Of a stretch of DNA of 64,000 nt, positions 36,781 to 50,877 are shown piece by piece. Each line of letters starts with the position of its first letter. Position 1 is the first letter of the stretch. This DNA is from Antedon mediterranea. Lineage: Eukaryota; Animalia; Echinodermata. Location: NCBI RefSeq assembly GCF_964355755.1, contig NC_092670.1, forward strand, positions 36,568,388-36,632,387, written 5' to 3'. A model generated the notes under the pieces. It saw only the letters and a list, made by a program, of their open reading frames with translations, did no database searches and was not told where the DNA came from. The position numbers and the translations under genes are program-made.

Positions 36781-39277
36781 CAAATTTCAGTTTTTGAGAT
36801 CAATATTTCAACCCCCACCAAAATCGTTATACGCACCCACCAGCTGTAACATCTTAGGGTAATCGATGCTGCAACAATAACAATTATATTATCGCTAACA
36901 TTTTAATGACAATTGTGTTTATTTTTATTATAAGCCAAGGACCTCTCCCCCTATAACATTTTCAGGCCTACCTCACTGGCTGTAAATAGCACTAATGTGT
37001 ATTCTGATACATTGTTTATACTTCAGTAAATTATAATCCTTGTTGAGATGCAGTACTTAGTCACTAATCAAGATTTAAACTAATTAATAATTACTTTGCA
37101 ATCATTTATGTATTGTGACGACACGCTTTGCGATGTGAAGATATGAAATACATCCTCGGATTTAGAAAACTGAGTGTATGACTATTGTTTAATATTACTA
37201 TCTCGTTTTTAGTCATATTTTATTAGTTGAATGAAAATGTAAAATCAGTCGATAAGCCGTGTCATTCAGTCCGTACGATCATTATGTAATTTACATGCAG
37301 AACACAACTGATTGCTTATACGCGTCAACAGGATTTTCAAAGAAATCCGTTATTTTTTACATCTGTATTTAATGTAAAATAATACTAATAATTTGTATAG
37401 TATATAAAATAATATCTTGAAAACGTCGAAAAAATCGACTTTATCACACTCGAAAAAATCCCTCGGCGATTGCACCTAATTATGCATACCGTTTCCAATT
37501 AATGCACGTACGAATACAGGGGCCCACATCATCTGAACAGAGAGGGAATTGTATTAATTTTTACAGGGATAGTTTGACGTCAATGTAACCATAGAAACGA
37601 ATTAACGCTCATCAACCATCCTTCGGTAGCACTAGCAACATCATAGAGGTTATACTGAAAATAAAACGCTCACACTTTACCAAGAAAATCGAGGTTTCTT
37701 CGGCAACTTGCAACACTTCCATCTTTTGATTAACGCATAAAATAATTTTGTTAACACACATTTCATCTTTAAACGTAAAAAAATAAAAAAATAGAGGGTA
37801 TTTTTGAATGAATGGCATGTGTTTTTAACCAACTCTACTATTTAGCTCAATGAACACATTACTGGGCTGACACTATGATGTACATGCTAGGCTTGGTTTT
37901 ATGAGAGTTATTTATAAACACGCCTTATTATTTATGCACTCTTCACTTTTATATTAGTGATTTTTGCATAATCTTATAATAATAAATGATTGAACTGTAG
38001 TAAGCATGCATGGACATTAAAATCTATTTTTGTAAAGATTACATCATATTAAATTATTTTTTTTGTTGTTGTATCGTTTTAATAAACTGCTAATACCAAA
38101 TTGAGTTCATACAGACCTAACATTAAATGATGTATTATTACAATGAGTGACACATTTTATTAATAGCTTTCAAAATTAAGATTTACTGGATTAAAAAAAA
38201 CTATGCCTACGGCAAATGTCTATTTTGAGCTTGCGAGGGCCTATGCTTACAACAAGTAGGAAATATTTGTGATACTGGGGGCCCATTAGAAAAAGGGGCA
38301 AAACGCTTGAAAATATACCATGGTGCAACTACAAAACACGTGACATACATACGGTGTGCAAACAACAAACTAATTAAAATAAACTTAAATTGCAACTCAC
38401 ATATTTTAACAATTGTTCTTCGTTGCGTTTTCTTGTTCCAAATTGTCTTGCCACCATTTCACTTATCACTATCAATAATCATGTTTTTCTTTCGCAACTT
38501 CGTGACCCCACTCATTTACATCCGTAAATTCATAATATTCTATCTTGACCTTCTTCTACCATCATTCATAATTAGACTTGCATCCTCTTACTACACAGAT
38601 CAGTTATTTTATACGAGGGCGCTATGCGAGATATGATGTTCATCAGAATTGATGTTTGAGTACTCTACTGTAAATAGGCCTATATGTATATCATTATTAT
38701 TATATTATTAATTTATATAGAATTTTTTTGTCTTCATATGGACAGATAGACGTATACTACAATACTATTACGGTCTCATGTTATAGCTTATAAACAGTTT
38801 AATTGTACTGTATTGTAATATTATCTGCTTTATACTATTTATTATTCAAAGTGTAGCTACCTTATTATATTTATGGAGCAATGAAAGATTCCAAGTCTAA
38901 CTATTATACTCTGACTCTGTAATTGCTTCTTATTTAATTGTTTATTGGTTGGGGCGAAACGACTCATATTGGAGGAAACCGCCGACTCAGTGATTCATTC
39001 CCAGGTGCATCGTACCACAACAAAGTTTTGACAGTCGGGCCTAGTCCACCAAATCTAAATTCTTACTAAAGTTACTTACCCGTTACTTTACAATCTACGT
39101 TTAGATATACCATTTATTGGCATAGCGTCTCTATTTTTAGGACAGAGCGTGATTTTTTTTCGGTATTTTTCTCTTTTGCGATCACAGCGCGATCGTTCAT
39201 ATCTCCCACTTTTTTTAATTGTGATATACGCCCTCTCCACGGACAAACAAAAAATAGATGTTTTTCTACTGCTGCTG

Positions 39278-40238
39278 TAGTCTGGGTTCCAGACGGAGTT
39301 TTGTCTTAATATTAGTAAAAAGATAAATATTTTGGCACATATGGCGTTTCATACGTATACTACTTGATTTTGGATACTCCGTCTGGGGAAACACGCACAA
39401 GTCACGTGGTTTGACACCAATTCTTGGTGCATACGATTATCCGGTTGACTAGTTTCAGCTGCATGCGATTGGCTACTCACTCGTACACCGTTTTAATATT
39501 CATATTTCAGAATTTCAAAGACTCGATCAACAACTAAGATGATGCGCATGCGCTATGTTACGTTTAGACAATGTGTACTTGGGTACATTTATGAAAGTTT
39601 CTGAAGGCTAGAAATTATTTTATATACCTAGTAGTCTGGTAAACATTTGATGGCATTTTTTCCCAAGAACATGAAACTCGTCTTGATATGATAGGCTATA
39701 GCTTCTCCGCAAATCAAACATTGAATGGATCATTTATTACGCGGAGATAATTTTGATTTAATTCCCACCCAGACCCTGTCCTGTTCTGTGTGGTGGTGTA
39801 GCCCTGTTGTGTGCCGGTGGTATGTAGGCCTACTTCATTGGCGTTTTATTTGGCAGGTCATACGTGCGAGTTGAGTATGACCTACGAAAGAGGCCTAGGC
39901 CAAGGACTAAACAATTAATAAACAAAACAACTTGGCATTACTATTTTATATTTCAAAACAGTCTCGATCGTACATTAAGCACTGGTAGGCCTACGTACTC
40001 GATCTCTTTCATTTTGAAACAAAATGATCATTGTTGATTCGAAATCCATATTTACATACCGCCCGCCCCTTATAGCCAAATACGGTATGATAACCTACGT
40101 CATTCTTATCGTATGTTTGCGGTCTGCAAATCGATTTCTATACGTGTTTCACAAGTCTGTATTTTCAGACAAAAATCGCGGTCGAAATAAAAACCAATAA
40201 ATTTAAAAAAAAGATAATACAGACTTGGGGCAAGTCTA
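39278..40238 (+). mobile_element. Long (961 bp) copy of the TAG...CTA 9-bp-TSD family (AcademH-like)
   Basis: CTGCTGCTG|TAGTCTGGGTTCCAGACGGAG ... AGACTTGGGGCAAGTCTA|CTGCTGCTG; no ORF inside. Confidence 0.85.
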
Positions 40239-42606
40239 CTGCTGCTGCTGTGGAAAATAAGGCGGCAATTTGTTGAATGCTTCCCTCTATCATTTTAAAC
40301 TTCCTCTTCAGCCATATAAACTTATATAATTATACAGTATTTATATTATGGCCCTGTCCTCACTTTCATACTCGCGCCCTCGTATCATCCTCGGCTAGTA
40401 GGCCTGGTCATTCAATGCCATAACTGTCAACAACTGAAATTGGAATATAGTTGATTAGATATAGACACTAAAAGGCTTGTTGATCTTAACTCTGACTATG
40501 ATCAGAATACGATGTTTCGCCAATCGAACAGGATTGTTCACCATGAAGGAATTCAATTTTTCTGATGTAAAGCCAGACAGGGTGGTGTCTGTATACTCAT
40601 TGATGTTTATTGATGATGTGTAATTAATTTAAGTTCAATTATTTATCGTTGAAAAACTATTATCGCCTTCCAGTATCATACACTCAATTAATTTTTTTAT
40701 GAAATAAACTTTTCGTAATGAATTTCAAAACGTTTACTGCGTGATCACGCCCTCTTTTACCAATAAAAAAAACCACATTCTATGGAAAATTCGTTTGTCT
40801 ATATAATTATTTCTCCTTATTTACTTACAATTTCATAACTTGTTAACTATTTATGTTAATTATTATTATGTATGTTTTTAAACAACTTGTATGTACTTTT
40901 ATTTGTTTGCACATCTGTAAAGAATTTTGCCTCCTATGCTGCAAAAGAGAATACAATAAATAGTAATTTATTATAATAACAGGGCGGTTGGGCAGTTGGC
41001 AACAGACAGACAAGACACTAACAATCGAGCAGTAATAGAGGGTTTGTGCAAACTCACGTTTACGCCTACATGTGCGTGTCATAACTCGTAGCTTTTTCCA
41101 TTTGTGCAAAATCATTTTACTGCCGTTAGAGCTAGGGCTATCTAGTAAGTGGTAGGCCTAGCCTATGCCTATCTAGGCCAACATTTTTTGTTCTTGTTAC
41201 TTCTTTTTCAAGTTTGTTAATTAAACAACAAAATTACACTAGTTAAAAAGTGTGCAAAAGGAGGCCTGAATAAGTTTGGAGAGAAACTTTTAACTCTATC
41301 AAATAAAAACAAATAAATACAATATTGAAGGTACAGTAGCCCAAATTACAAGAACAATAGCAGGAAATTTATTTATCATAAGACGTAGCCAGAAACTATA
41401 ATTAGATTATATTTGAACGAAGGAAGATTTAGAAAGAGATTTAAATAAAATGCTTAACAATTCCATAATTGTGGGCCATTTAAAAAATAGATTTTCTTCT
41501 CATTAAATGAAATGTATGCTTTTCGGATAAAATTGTAGTTTTGGCAAATCTTATATTGTAATTGTGGAAATATTATCATTAATTTTAATAATAGAATTTA
41601 TAGTAGTTAAAAAGAAGGTAATTACCGTAGTTGTATTTATATCCAAAGATTATTTAGATTGAACCAATTTTAACTAATTATTTATTTGAAATTAAGTCAT
41701 AAACATAATTTAAAAAAAGGAAAATATTGATCTTTGCATTTTCTTGAAACATTTTTATACTGAATATTCTTTTAAAGTTTTGCTGGTAAATGTGATCTTT
41801 TCCGCGTTAAAAAACTTAATTTACGAATAAATCTTAAACGTGTATAAAATGAAATCCGCACGTCGAAACGCATCGAAAATCGGTATCACGTACTATGCCA
41901 CGCTACACGGAATGTGTGACGTAGTACACGAATTTTGCTAAAACTGTCTAATAAGCCTCTAGTTACGCTTTAATATTGTATCTAAACATTGAGAATGATT
42001 TACCATAATTTACTTTATTTTAAAAGGTTTAAAAATGGCACTTCTCTAATTGTAGAAACAAGTAAACATTGGTAGATTGTATTTCAGTGTGTTATGAAAT
42101 GCAAGAAGTAACAAACAAACAGACAACTCTTTCGTATCAATAGACAACTGTGCATCTATTTACACTATCGTTAAATTCAAGGTATACATTTCAAAATCAA
42201 GTACGTTAATAGCCGTTGGCTGTTTTAGAGTTGGTAAACGAAAGGTAATACCGAATCAATTCCTAAATGAATGGAACGATTTTAGTTTGCTTTGAATAAT
42301 ATGAGTCTAGTGGAGCATTCTATGTTATGTTATCAGTAATTGCTCGTGCTTAGAGCATAATGTGTTAACTCGATGTTGTAAACACTTTTGTTCGATATTG
42401 TATGTTGTTTCATAGGACGTTAATACAATTACTACAATATGCAAACAACTGTATCAACGAAGACTTTTTCTAAAATAATATTATTTATTGAATGCCTAGT
42501 TACCGACTACTAGTCACACGATAATTTAAACGCAAACTAAACAAAAGAAAAGAAAATGCCAGACGACGGTTGGTTGGTTTGGTGATGAGAGCGCCATCGC
42601 TTGTAA

Positions 42607-42995
42607 AGCTTGGTTTTCACTAGGACGTAACGCAAGGACGTAAACGCAACGCAAACGTGTTGACCAATGACAAGCGACCGTTCGAATAATCCATGGCTTG
42701 TGATTGGTCAACTCACTAAAGCGTGGTTCCCACTAGCGACGCAGGGTAACGCAACACAATGACGTATTGACGCAAAGTTCTGTATTGTGTAATTACAAGT
42801 GGGAACCGTCGACGCAACAGTGCTGCAAAGATCAAAGTTTGATTTCACGCAGGAGGGGGAAAACACAATTATTGGAAGGGCATTTTCTTACGTTGCGTAG
42901 GTTGCGTTACATTGCGTCTAAAGTGGTAACCAAGCATAATATTGATCCAATGATTTGCGTTATTACGCCCTTCGCTGCGTTTTATATTGGAAACT
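42607..42995. mobile_element. MITE family B copy with a related MITE (42720-42936) nested inside
   Basis: Outer copy starts AGCTTGGTTTTCACTAGG. Inner copy is TAA|AGCGTGGTTCCCACTAG ... AAGTGGTAACCAAGCA|TAA. The outer 3' remainder resumes afterwards. Confidence 0.78.
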
Positions 42996-44239
42996 CATTC
43001 TATTTCCATCGTCATTTGTTGGAAAAGAAATGCACCACTATAGAAAAAACCTCAAATAATTAGGAAATAGGAAAGAAAATTCTAAAAGAAATCAAATGAC
43101 AAACTACATCTGACAAGTCCTTTTACATTTTGTTTTCTTAAATTTGTTAAATCTGTAGCTTGGAATTTAATCAACGTAAACTGCGAGTCTGTTTGTCAGG
43201 AAATAGATTGCTTAAATTAATAGATGTAGAATTCATTAATATCTCATATATCAGAAATTCTGTTGCTTGTGAGTCAACACATTGAATTGAGTACAAAGCC
43301 TATATCTGACTAGAACCAAATTGAGTATATTTTATTATTTATATATTTTACTATAGGCTTACTGCGAACAAAAAATCGTTGGTGAATGACATTGACAATG
43401 TCCATTGCAAATAAGTAATAAACACGCAAGATTAGAGAGCAATATGCAATTATAGTGGTAATGGATATATTAGGCAAGATGCCTTATACTCCCATTGTCG
43501 CGTCCGTTTTGGTCCCTTTATAGTTTAAAATCTTGGTCTATTCATACGGCAACGACTAAACTTGTTACACGTCCGTATTTATTGTCTTTTTTTTATGTTA
43601 GTCCATCAGTCAAGGTTTCGATTTTTGACTGGAAATTCAGAATTCCGAGCACAATATTATACTTTAATAGAGTACGTTACGGCGACGATAAACTTTTAAA
43701 GCCATAAACCGAGCTTTGGTCTTTGTTTTTTTCACTCCAGTTTTTGCCTTTAAAAAAAAATCTTTTATCTCATTATATTATCTTTACAATTTGGACAATT
43801 TAATCTTTTATGAAGAAACAATGCATGTAGAAAGAGTAGGCCTTCATCCGATAGGTATCTACATACATAGTTTACATATACTAATATACGCTATAAAAAT
43901 CCTGTTATTATTATTATTATTACATTGTAGGCCTAAATCGTTTTGCAAATGAACGTTCATCAGCTACCGTACGCGACCCTTGTAACCTTTAGTAAACTAA
44001 GACTGAATACATAACGACAACTAAGTACTTATTGACTTTCTGAATAAATAAAATCGAACATGGTTTAACAGTTTACATTGAATAAAAAGACAAACAGTTC
44101 GCACATAACTCTGTATATGTAATTTATAACCATGCGAATTTATTACTAATTATGTATATTTTCTACTGACCAGAGAAATAAGATTAAAAACACACTTAAG
44201 ACATTTACTTAAAACACTTCGGTTATTTATACTGTACTC

Positions 44240-44366
44240 ACTCAGGACGTAGACGATACGCAAGCGAGTTGACCAATGACAAATAAACGTTCGAATAATC
44301 CATCGCTTGTGATTGGTCAAATCACTTAAGTTGCGCTTACGTCCCTGCGTTGCGTCCTTGGGAACT
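44240..44366. mobile_element. MITE family B copy with eroded ends
   Basis: CGCAAGCGAGTTGACCAATGAC...CCATCGCTTGTGATTGGTCAA...GCGTTGCGTCCTTGGGAAC. Confidence 0.72.
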
Positions 44367-47300
44367 TACATTTCAGTGTGACCACACTATTTTTTTTTAT
44401 TGGTCTTGAATATAATATGTATAAGATTCAATCAAATCTAAGTTCAATATTTTGTATTTTGCATAAACGGCTTAAGTCGGTTAATGAACGCAAAGTAAGG
44501 TAATCGTTATCTAATAAGACATCATGACCTTTCATTTTCTATCTCTTACGATGTTAGTGCACTTTTTTTTAACGCGTTAATCTGTATCTAAACACGTGAT
44601 TTTACGCATGTGTTTAAATCCTTATGTAAGCTTTTGAACGTGTGTGTGCGTAGCATCACATGCATCATCATGAAGATTACAATTTGCTAGGAGCCTCATA
44701 TATTTTGTCGATCTAACCAAAACTATGTCGAGGAGTCGAGTTGAAGATACCCATTGTCCCCACATGCACACATATGTCATCAAATGTCAAGATCACCAAC
44801 TTTTCTTTCAAAAATCAAAAGCTCCATATTGACAAATTATGATAAAAACAATATTTTCAATGTTGCTCTGCGTACATTTGCTAAATGAAATGCAAAAATA
44901 CACCGAATTGCATATGATAGATTGAACTCCTTAAATGTAATTTCAAAGAACAATTTTGAAAGCCTTTTAGCTCTGACAATAGATAGAACGCAACATAATG
45001 GAAAATAAATGTATCCATAAAATTCGAAAAGTGAAAGTATTTATAAGTATAATTAAGATATTCTGTAAGAGAATATGACCAAAAACTATTTACAATATGC
45101 GAGCAAAGTTCGACGGATTAATCTTCACGTAATGTAGATGTACTCATTTTGTTTATCATTATTCGTAATGTTAGAAAATTTGCCTTACTAAAAATAACAG
45201 TGTCCTGCGGGAATGTCAAAATTTGATTAATCTCATTCAAACCTGAATCGTCTCCAGTACCTCTGACAATAGAATGGTTGCTGATAACACGAATGAAACA
45301 TTTTCCTAGTATTTTATTAGAGATGTGGTCAATTGTGTTCCGCTTTGTTTATACAGTATCGTATCGCATAACTATTATTTCACGTCTCTTGTGAATAGAA
45401 CGACCAACAAACCGCTCGAGCGATGAAAAGGGCCTAGAGATAAAAATAGACACGCCGTACGCCTAAATAATACTCGGGCCTGGCTAATCAATACTTCGTA
45501 ACTAAGCCTAGTGTTGTTAATCATTGTGTGTAGAACGGACTTCCAGGTCCGTTACCGTACTAATATAAGTTCTTCAATTATACCAACAACCATGGTTAGC
45601 CTGGTTATACAGTCAGACACCGATCATTGTACCACGGAGAGATAAATGTATGTTTTACTTATTTCTCCATGATTGTCTCATTGGACCCATTACGGAAATA
45701 CCTGATAATGAAGACATTGATTTATTTTACTTTTTAAAAATGTGGATGGTTTACACCATAACGGGTACCGGTAACCTAGTATAAACAGTTTAACGTGACT
45801 CTGGAACTAACCAAGACTATTTCAAGTAACCAGTATAGTGCCGTACTGTTCTTAATGTATTCACCACTAACCAGACATGCACCGTAAGCAGGACTTCTTG
45901 AATTAAAACAACAAGCATTGTATTCGTTAAATCTCGACTATATCAAATAGCGGTAATGGACTGTATAATTCTTTCTGATAAAATAACACTGTAATAGAAG
46001 ATTCATACGACGATCTTAAATGAGATGGAGACGGCTCAACGAATCAGAAAAGACTGTTAAAATTCTACAATTTTTCAAAATACCTTTGAGCTAGGTTAGT
46101 AAAATATGAGTTTTTATTTTATACATTGTTTCCTAATTCGTACAATTAAATTGTAATTTTAGAGAAATGAGTTACATTTCTCTGCTACTTTTGTTCTATT
46201 AGGTCAATACATTATATTTATATATAATTGACACAAATTGTGTTTCTTTTACAGTAAAACGTAATTATGTTTTGTCAGGGAACTCTTTCCTGGTTATGCC
46301 TAGTTGTAATTTAACTCTTCCCTGGTTGCATTTACAACTTATGCAAGTTAAGTAAAAAAAAAAGTCTGTTTATATAATAGGCCTAGAAACATAAATGAGA
46401 TGTTTTCACACATAAAATGTTAATACATAAACATTGTTTTTGAGAACTTTCACCAAATTCATTACCAGTATGTAATATCATTATTGATCTTATTCTCTTT
46501 GTTCAATTCAGATAAGATAGATAAAAGATAATAAGATTTATAAAGCGCACACATCCACAAAGTGCTCAATGCAAATTCAGGTAATACGCACATTTTAATA
46601 ATGGGAACTTGTTGCTGTTTCTATTTATGAATTACTCAGTTATTTGAAAACAAAACCATCTTTCTCATTCTGTTCTTAATTTGTTCGCAATTCAAACAGA
46701 ACGTTAAGTGCAAGTTCATCATCCGTTCATAAAACAATTTTGTACCTAACTTAAGCTTTAATTGTCACCATTAATTTAGAACTTTTAAAGACTTTAATTT
46801 CAAACAGTCGGCTAGATAGCTTAATGGCTGTAATTAAATCAAGCGCCAAGCGATAGCTTTAGGTACGTATAAATTACAACACAATTTGCATAACACTTTG
46901 AGAATCGGGTCTAAAAATAATAATAAATCTAACACTGAGGAAATCGAAGAATATAAACGCAGTGGACGTTGACTTTCGTTAATTATAATTCATTCTATAC
47001 CAAACATGGCAAATTACTTTAAATAATAAAGATACTGTTATGATCCATAGATATGTAGCAGCTAACCTTGGAGCTAGGGTAACAATCATGGATAATATTG
47101 ACTAAGGGAGTTAATATACTAAATATATTCACCCGAAAGAGAATAATTACATGTATTCTTAACTGATAATTAGGCCTAACAAAAGGTTTGTTTGTGTCAA
47201 GGTGCAACCTCTTTAGGGGCCTCTATCGTGCATGTTTAGCCAATGAGGATGTTGGCACAAACTTTGTCAGTGCCTATAAAAATGTTTTTCTTTTTCAATT

Positions 47301-47621
47301 CAATTTATTTGGTAAAACATTCGTTTCGTTTCCTTTGTTTTCACATGTATAAAACAGCATAAACGATAAATTGTATAAACATCACATGACCTAGCATCAT
47401 AAATGTGTGAAATACTGACAGTATGGTGGTAATAAAACGAAGATAAAACGCAAATGCAACAGTTAACATGATCGTTAAACATCGTAATATTTAAACATAC
47501 TGGCATTAGATACATTCGCCAGACGAAACATCAAGCAGAAGGAATAGAAATGGACAGCAATTGACAATATTATCTCCAAGTCCTATTCTATGAACATATT
47601 TTCAATTCAAACCCTTTTTAA

Positions 47622-47750
47622 AGCTCTGTCTACACTATCTAACTTTATGTATACTTTATTATATATTGTATTTTTATGGAGAAAAAATAAATGAAATCAA
47701 ATATATGGGCATATTTTTGAAACATAAAATTTGATAGTGTAGACAGAGCT
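47622..47750. mobile_element. MITE family C copy with rearranged interior
   Basis: TAA|AGCTCTGTCTACACTATC ... GATAGTGTAGACAGAGCT|TTA: perfect 18-bp TIR. Confidence 0.8.
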
Positions 47751-48638
47751 TTAACGAAATTGAGAACGTGTTGGCACGCTACGAATACCGATCATGTTCA
47801 AAAACACAGGTAGATCAAAAGCCAATGGACAAAATAACACAATGAATAATTAACTACTTTTGTAGGATTAACTAACAATAACTGTTTGTGTCCATTCAAT
47901 TTGAGACCTTGACAAATTCTGATCAACAATTGATTAACTATTTATCATATAAGTATTATTGTAATTCAAAATGCAATTGAATTGTCATCAAACGTGTGTT
48001 TGCTAATTAGTTGGCAAGTGTGAATTATGGAAGTTCCTTCTAGTTGTAAACAGATTATATTTTTTAAAACCTTACTCTTGGCAGGGCAACAATGACTGGC
48101 TTTTACACTAGCAAACTTCATTTTGTAAATACGAGCAAAGTTTTATAAAGTTTCTCAGTGAAGAAGTTGACTAATTTTCATATATGGTAATAGGCAAAAT
48201 TGTTTGAGAATCTCATGGTATATAGGCCTAAAGGAACTACTAGTTTGTTCGTCTTTGCAAACAAAAATTTACTGCAATGCTTTTCTATACATTATGAATA
48301 TATAATCAAAAGGTAACGCAAGTATAATCAATCAACAATCTTTGACATTTCAGAATGAATCTGTCAACTACAATTTTTATTTTTTAAGTTTTCAATTTTA
48401 CCATTCAAGAACTATACTATAAATTGAGTTATCTTTAATACTTGAGCATAATTGATTGTGTGACCTGTCTGACCATTGCACTCAATGCATATTTGATATC
48501 GAGATGTATCCGGGTTACGCATCGATATAAGACAATCATTTAATTCAGACAATACTTTTCTTGTATTTACTCATGTAGGCACTACACTTGAGTAAACGTA
48601 ATGTTCTGTTATCATTTCTTTCAGACAGAAAATACAAC

Positions 48639-49556
48639 ATGACTCAGACTCACTATTTTTCGACCAATAATAAGATGCGGAGTAAATCAGGCGATGTTCA
48701 TGAAATGTCTGACGACAAACTTGACCTCTTTCGTGCATCGTCTGCAAGATTCAGAAGAGGAAGCGCGCCAGAATTGGGTAAATTTCTATTACCGCCGATT
48801 GATGATAAAAAGACAAACCGATCAGCTAGCCCAAGACATCCATTGCTTTCACCTATACCTTTTGAATCAGGGTTGGAATCCGCTTATGATAGTGGTAACA
48901 CAGAAGGAATATCATTGTCAAAGACATCTCCAAGAACATCAAATAATAGTTTTTCCAAGCTCAGATTATCACGGAATTCGTCCAGTACATCGTTGAATAA
49001 TTCAACTGTTGGCAAAAGTGGGACGTTTCCAACTGGTCGTAAAAACAGGTCAAATTCACTTACAGGACTATCTAGTATACCCACAGAATTGCTAAAACAA
49101 AGAAATAATGAATCAAAACCTACAGAAAAAAATCCGCGTTTATACAGGCGCAGATATTCTGATACACCCCTACCTCTAAAATACGAAGCAAACTCTAGGA
49201 TGCAGTTAGAGAAGCATAAATCAGGTTGTAAACAAGACAGTTTAAATAAGGGTTCAAAGATTTATAAAATAACAAATAATGGCAAAGCTCCTGACAGATG
49301 CCAATCAGCAATAACTTCTGATTCAAATCTTACTGTACAAATGCTTCATGACATTGAATGTTCCCATTCGGACAGTGATGTTGACAGTGCTGAGAACGAC
49401 AGTAGGATTATAGAATGGCTATTCGGTGTTGAACAGTCTGTCTTGACGAATGGAGTTAATGATCATAATGAAAATGATCTCGAATATGCAAATAATATCA
49501 AAGAAACTGCCATAAGGATTGTTCATGAAGAAACTGAAGAAATTGACGAATCATGA
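48639..49556 (+). CDS. Uncharacterised Ser-rich, probably disordered protein (~305 aa) on a single coding exon
   Basis: The only long non-TE ORF (969 nt open) in AT-rich DNA. A pyrimidine-rich acceptor TCATTTCTTTCAG at 48624 sits just before ACAACATG (48639). Composition is natural, with basophilic kinase motifs (RRGS, RSNS, RRYS) and an acidic C-terminus containing RIIEWLFGVE. Confidence 0.75.
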   Translation: MTQTHYFSTNNKMRSKSGDVHEMSDDKLDLFRASSARFRRGSAPELGKFLLPPIDDKKTNRSASPRHPLLSPIPFESGLESAYDSGNTEGISLSKTSPRTSNNSFSKLRLSRNSSSTSLNNSTVGKSGTFPTGRKNRSNSLTGLSSIPTELLKQRNNESKPTEKNPRLYRRRYSDTPLPLKYEANSRMQLEKHKSGCKQDSLNKGSKIYKITNNGKAPDRCQSAITSDSNLTVQMLHDIECSHSDSDVDSAENDSRIIEWLFGVEQSVLTNGVNDHNENDLEYANNIKETAIRIVHEETEEIDES

Positions 49557-50877
49557 CAAACTTATTGTAGCAAAATACATTGTTCTGTTGAAAAAAAAGT
49601 TACGCATGTAGCATTGGTGATTCATACTTGGCGCAATTCCAATAAGATGATTAGTGCGCATGTGTGAATGTTTAACTTATTATTATTATATTGACTGGTA
49701 TATTATCTTTATTTAAGAAAAATGAAACAACAAAATTTACAAAATATCCATAAAATATAGCAGCATATAGAGACTCATGTGAGTAATAATAATAATAGCA
49801 CCCTCAATTTCCCCGATCTACAAGTGAGAAACAAAAACCGGTGTTACTTCTCTAACGTTAATAGCAAACTTCAACGACTGCTGACTCTAAATTCGGAAAC
49901 TATGGTAGTCTTGGGAAGATTTCATAACTTAAGTTGTTTTACGCATGTGTATGCTGGTTACGCTATATCGGTTCGAACGCGTTAGTATCGTATATATCGT
50001 GCTGCAATCAGAGTCTCCAATGACTAAGTTTCTAAAGCAAGCAACATTTTTTAATGTAATTTTTAATGGCTTATCTAAAAACGCTATAACTCTAGAGATC
50101 AACTGTAAGCATAAATATTATCACTGAATATATAGCTTAAAATGTTATAACGAAAAAAAAAACAACAAATTATCACAATTTATCAAAAAAACTTATTTTT
50201 GAGTTAAGAATCTATGACAAACCAAATTATGCAATTTATCTAAAAACTAGGTCGGTAATCGGTGTTGTAACAAATGGCATAAACATGCTTTCAAATTACC
50301 CTTTGCTCTACATTTTTAAAGTAAAACCAATGCCCCTTAAGTCGATAGGAAATTGTGTTGATGTTCAAGCAAACAGAAGATGAACGACAGACACATACGT
50401 ACATTTGACACCATAAATGCCACAACCTATTAGTTATTGGATTGGAAATATATTGCAATAAAACTTAAATATAAAATTACTAAAATATGTATACGAGAAT
50501 ATATTTATCGATTTCATGTTATTGTAGAGTAGAAAGGTTTGGTAATGATAAATATGTGTATGGTCAGTAGTGTTTACCTTGTCTTGCCTATACATTAACT
50601 AGGATTAACTCAGACAGCTAAGGAAAGACTTGGTATAAAAAGAATAAATCTCCACATTTATTGGATATACAATGTCTTCAGTTTTCTCGTTTGTATGATT
50701 CAACCTCTTGTGTTCACTCTTCTCGTTTATTTTATAAATTATGACATACTTTTTAAAACATTCCATACAAGAAAAACATTCTAAATAAAATACATTAATA
50801 AAGAGTCCGGAAAGATGACAATTTTGCATACATTTGTTAATAAATCACTCGATACGTTATAACTGTTACTTAAGACA

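Noticed and set aside
36118-36836. Asp/Met/Ile-rich ORFs resembling acidic matrix proteins
   Set aside because: They derive from a degenerate (ATC)n tract, with frequent stops and no signal peptide or splice context.
47235-47285. CCAAT plus TATA pair as the promoter of the 48.6-kb gene
   Set aside because: Spacing is plausible, but such motifs are common in AT-rich DNA and I found no convincing downstream donor.
48694-49084. Overlapping alternative-frame and antisense ORFs within the main CDS
   Set aside because: Short shadow ORFs expected in the more GC-rich coding region; no independent support.
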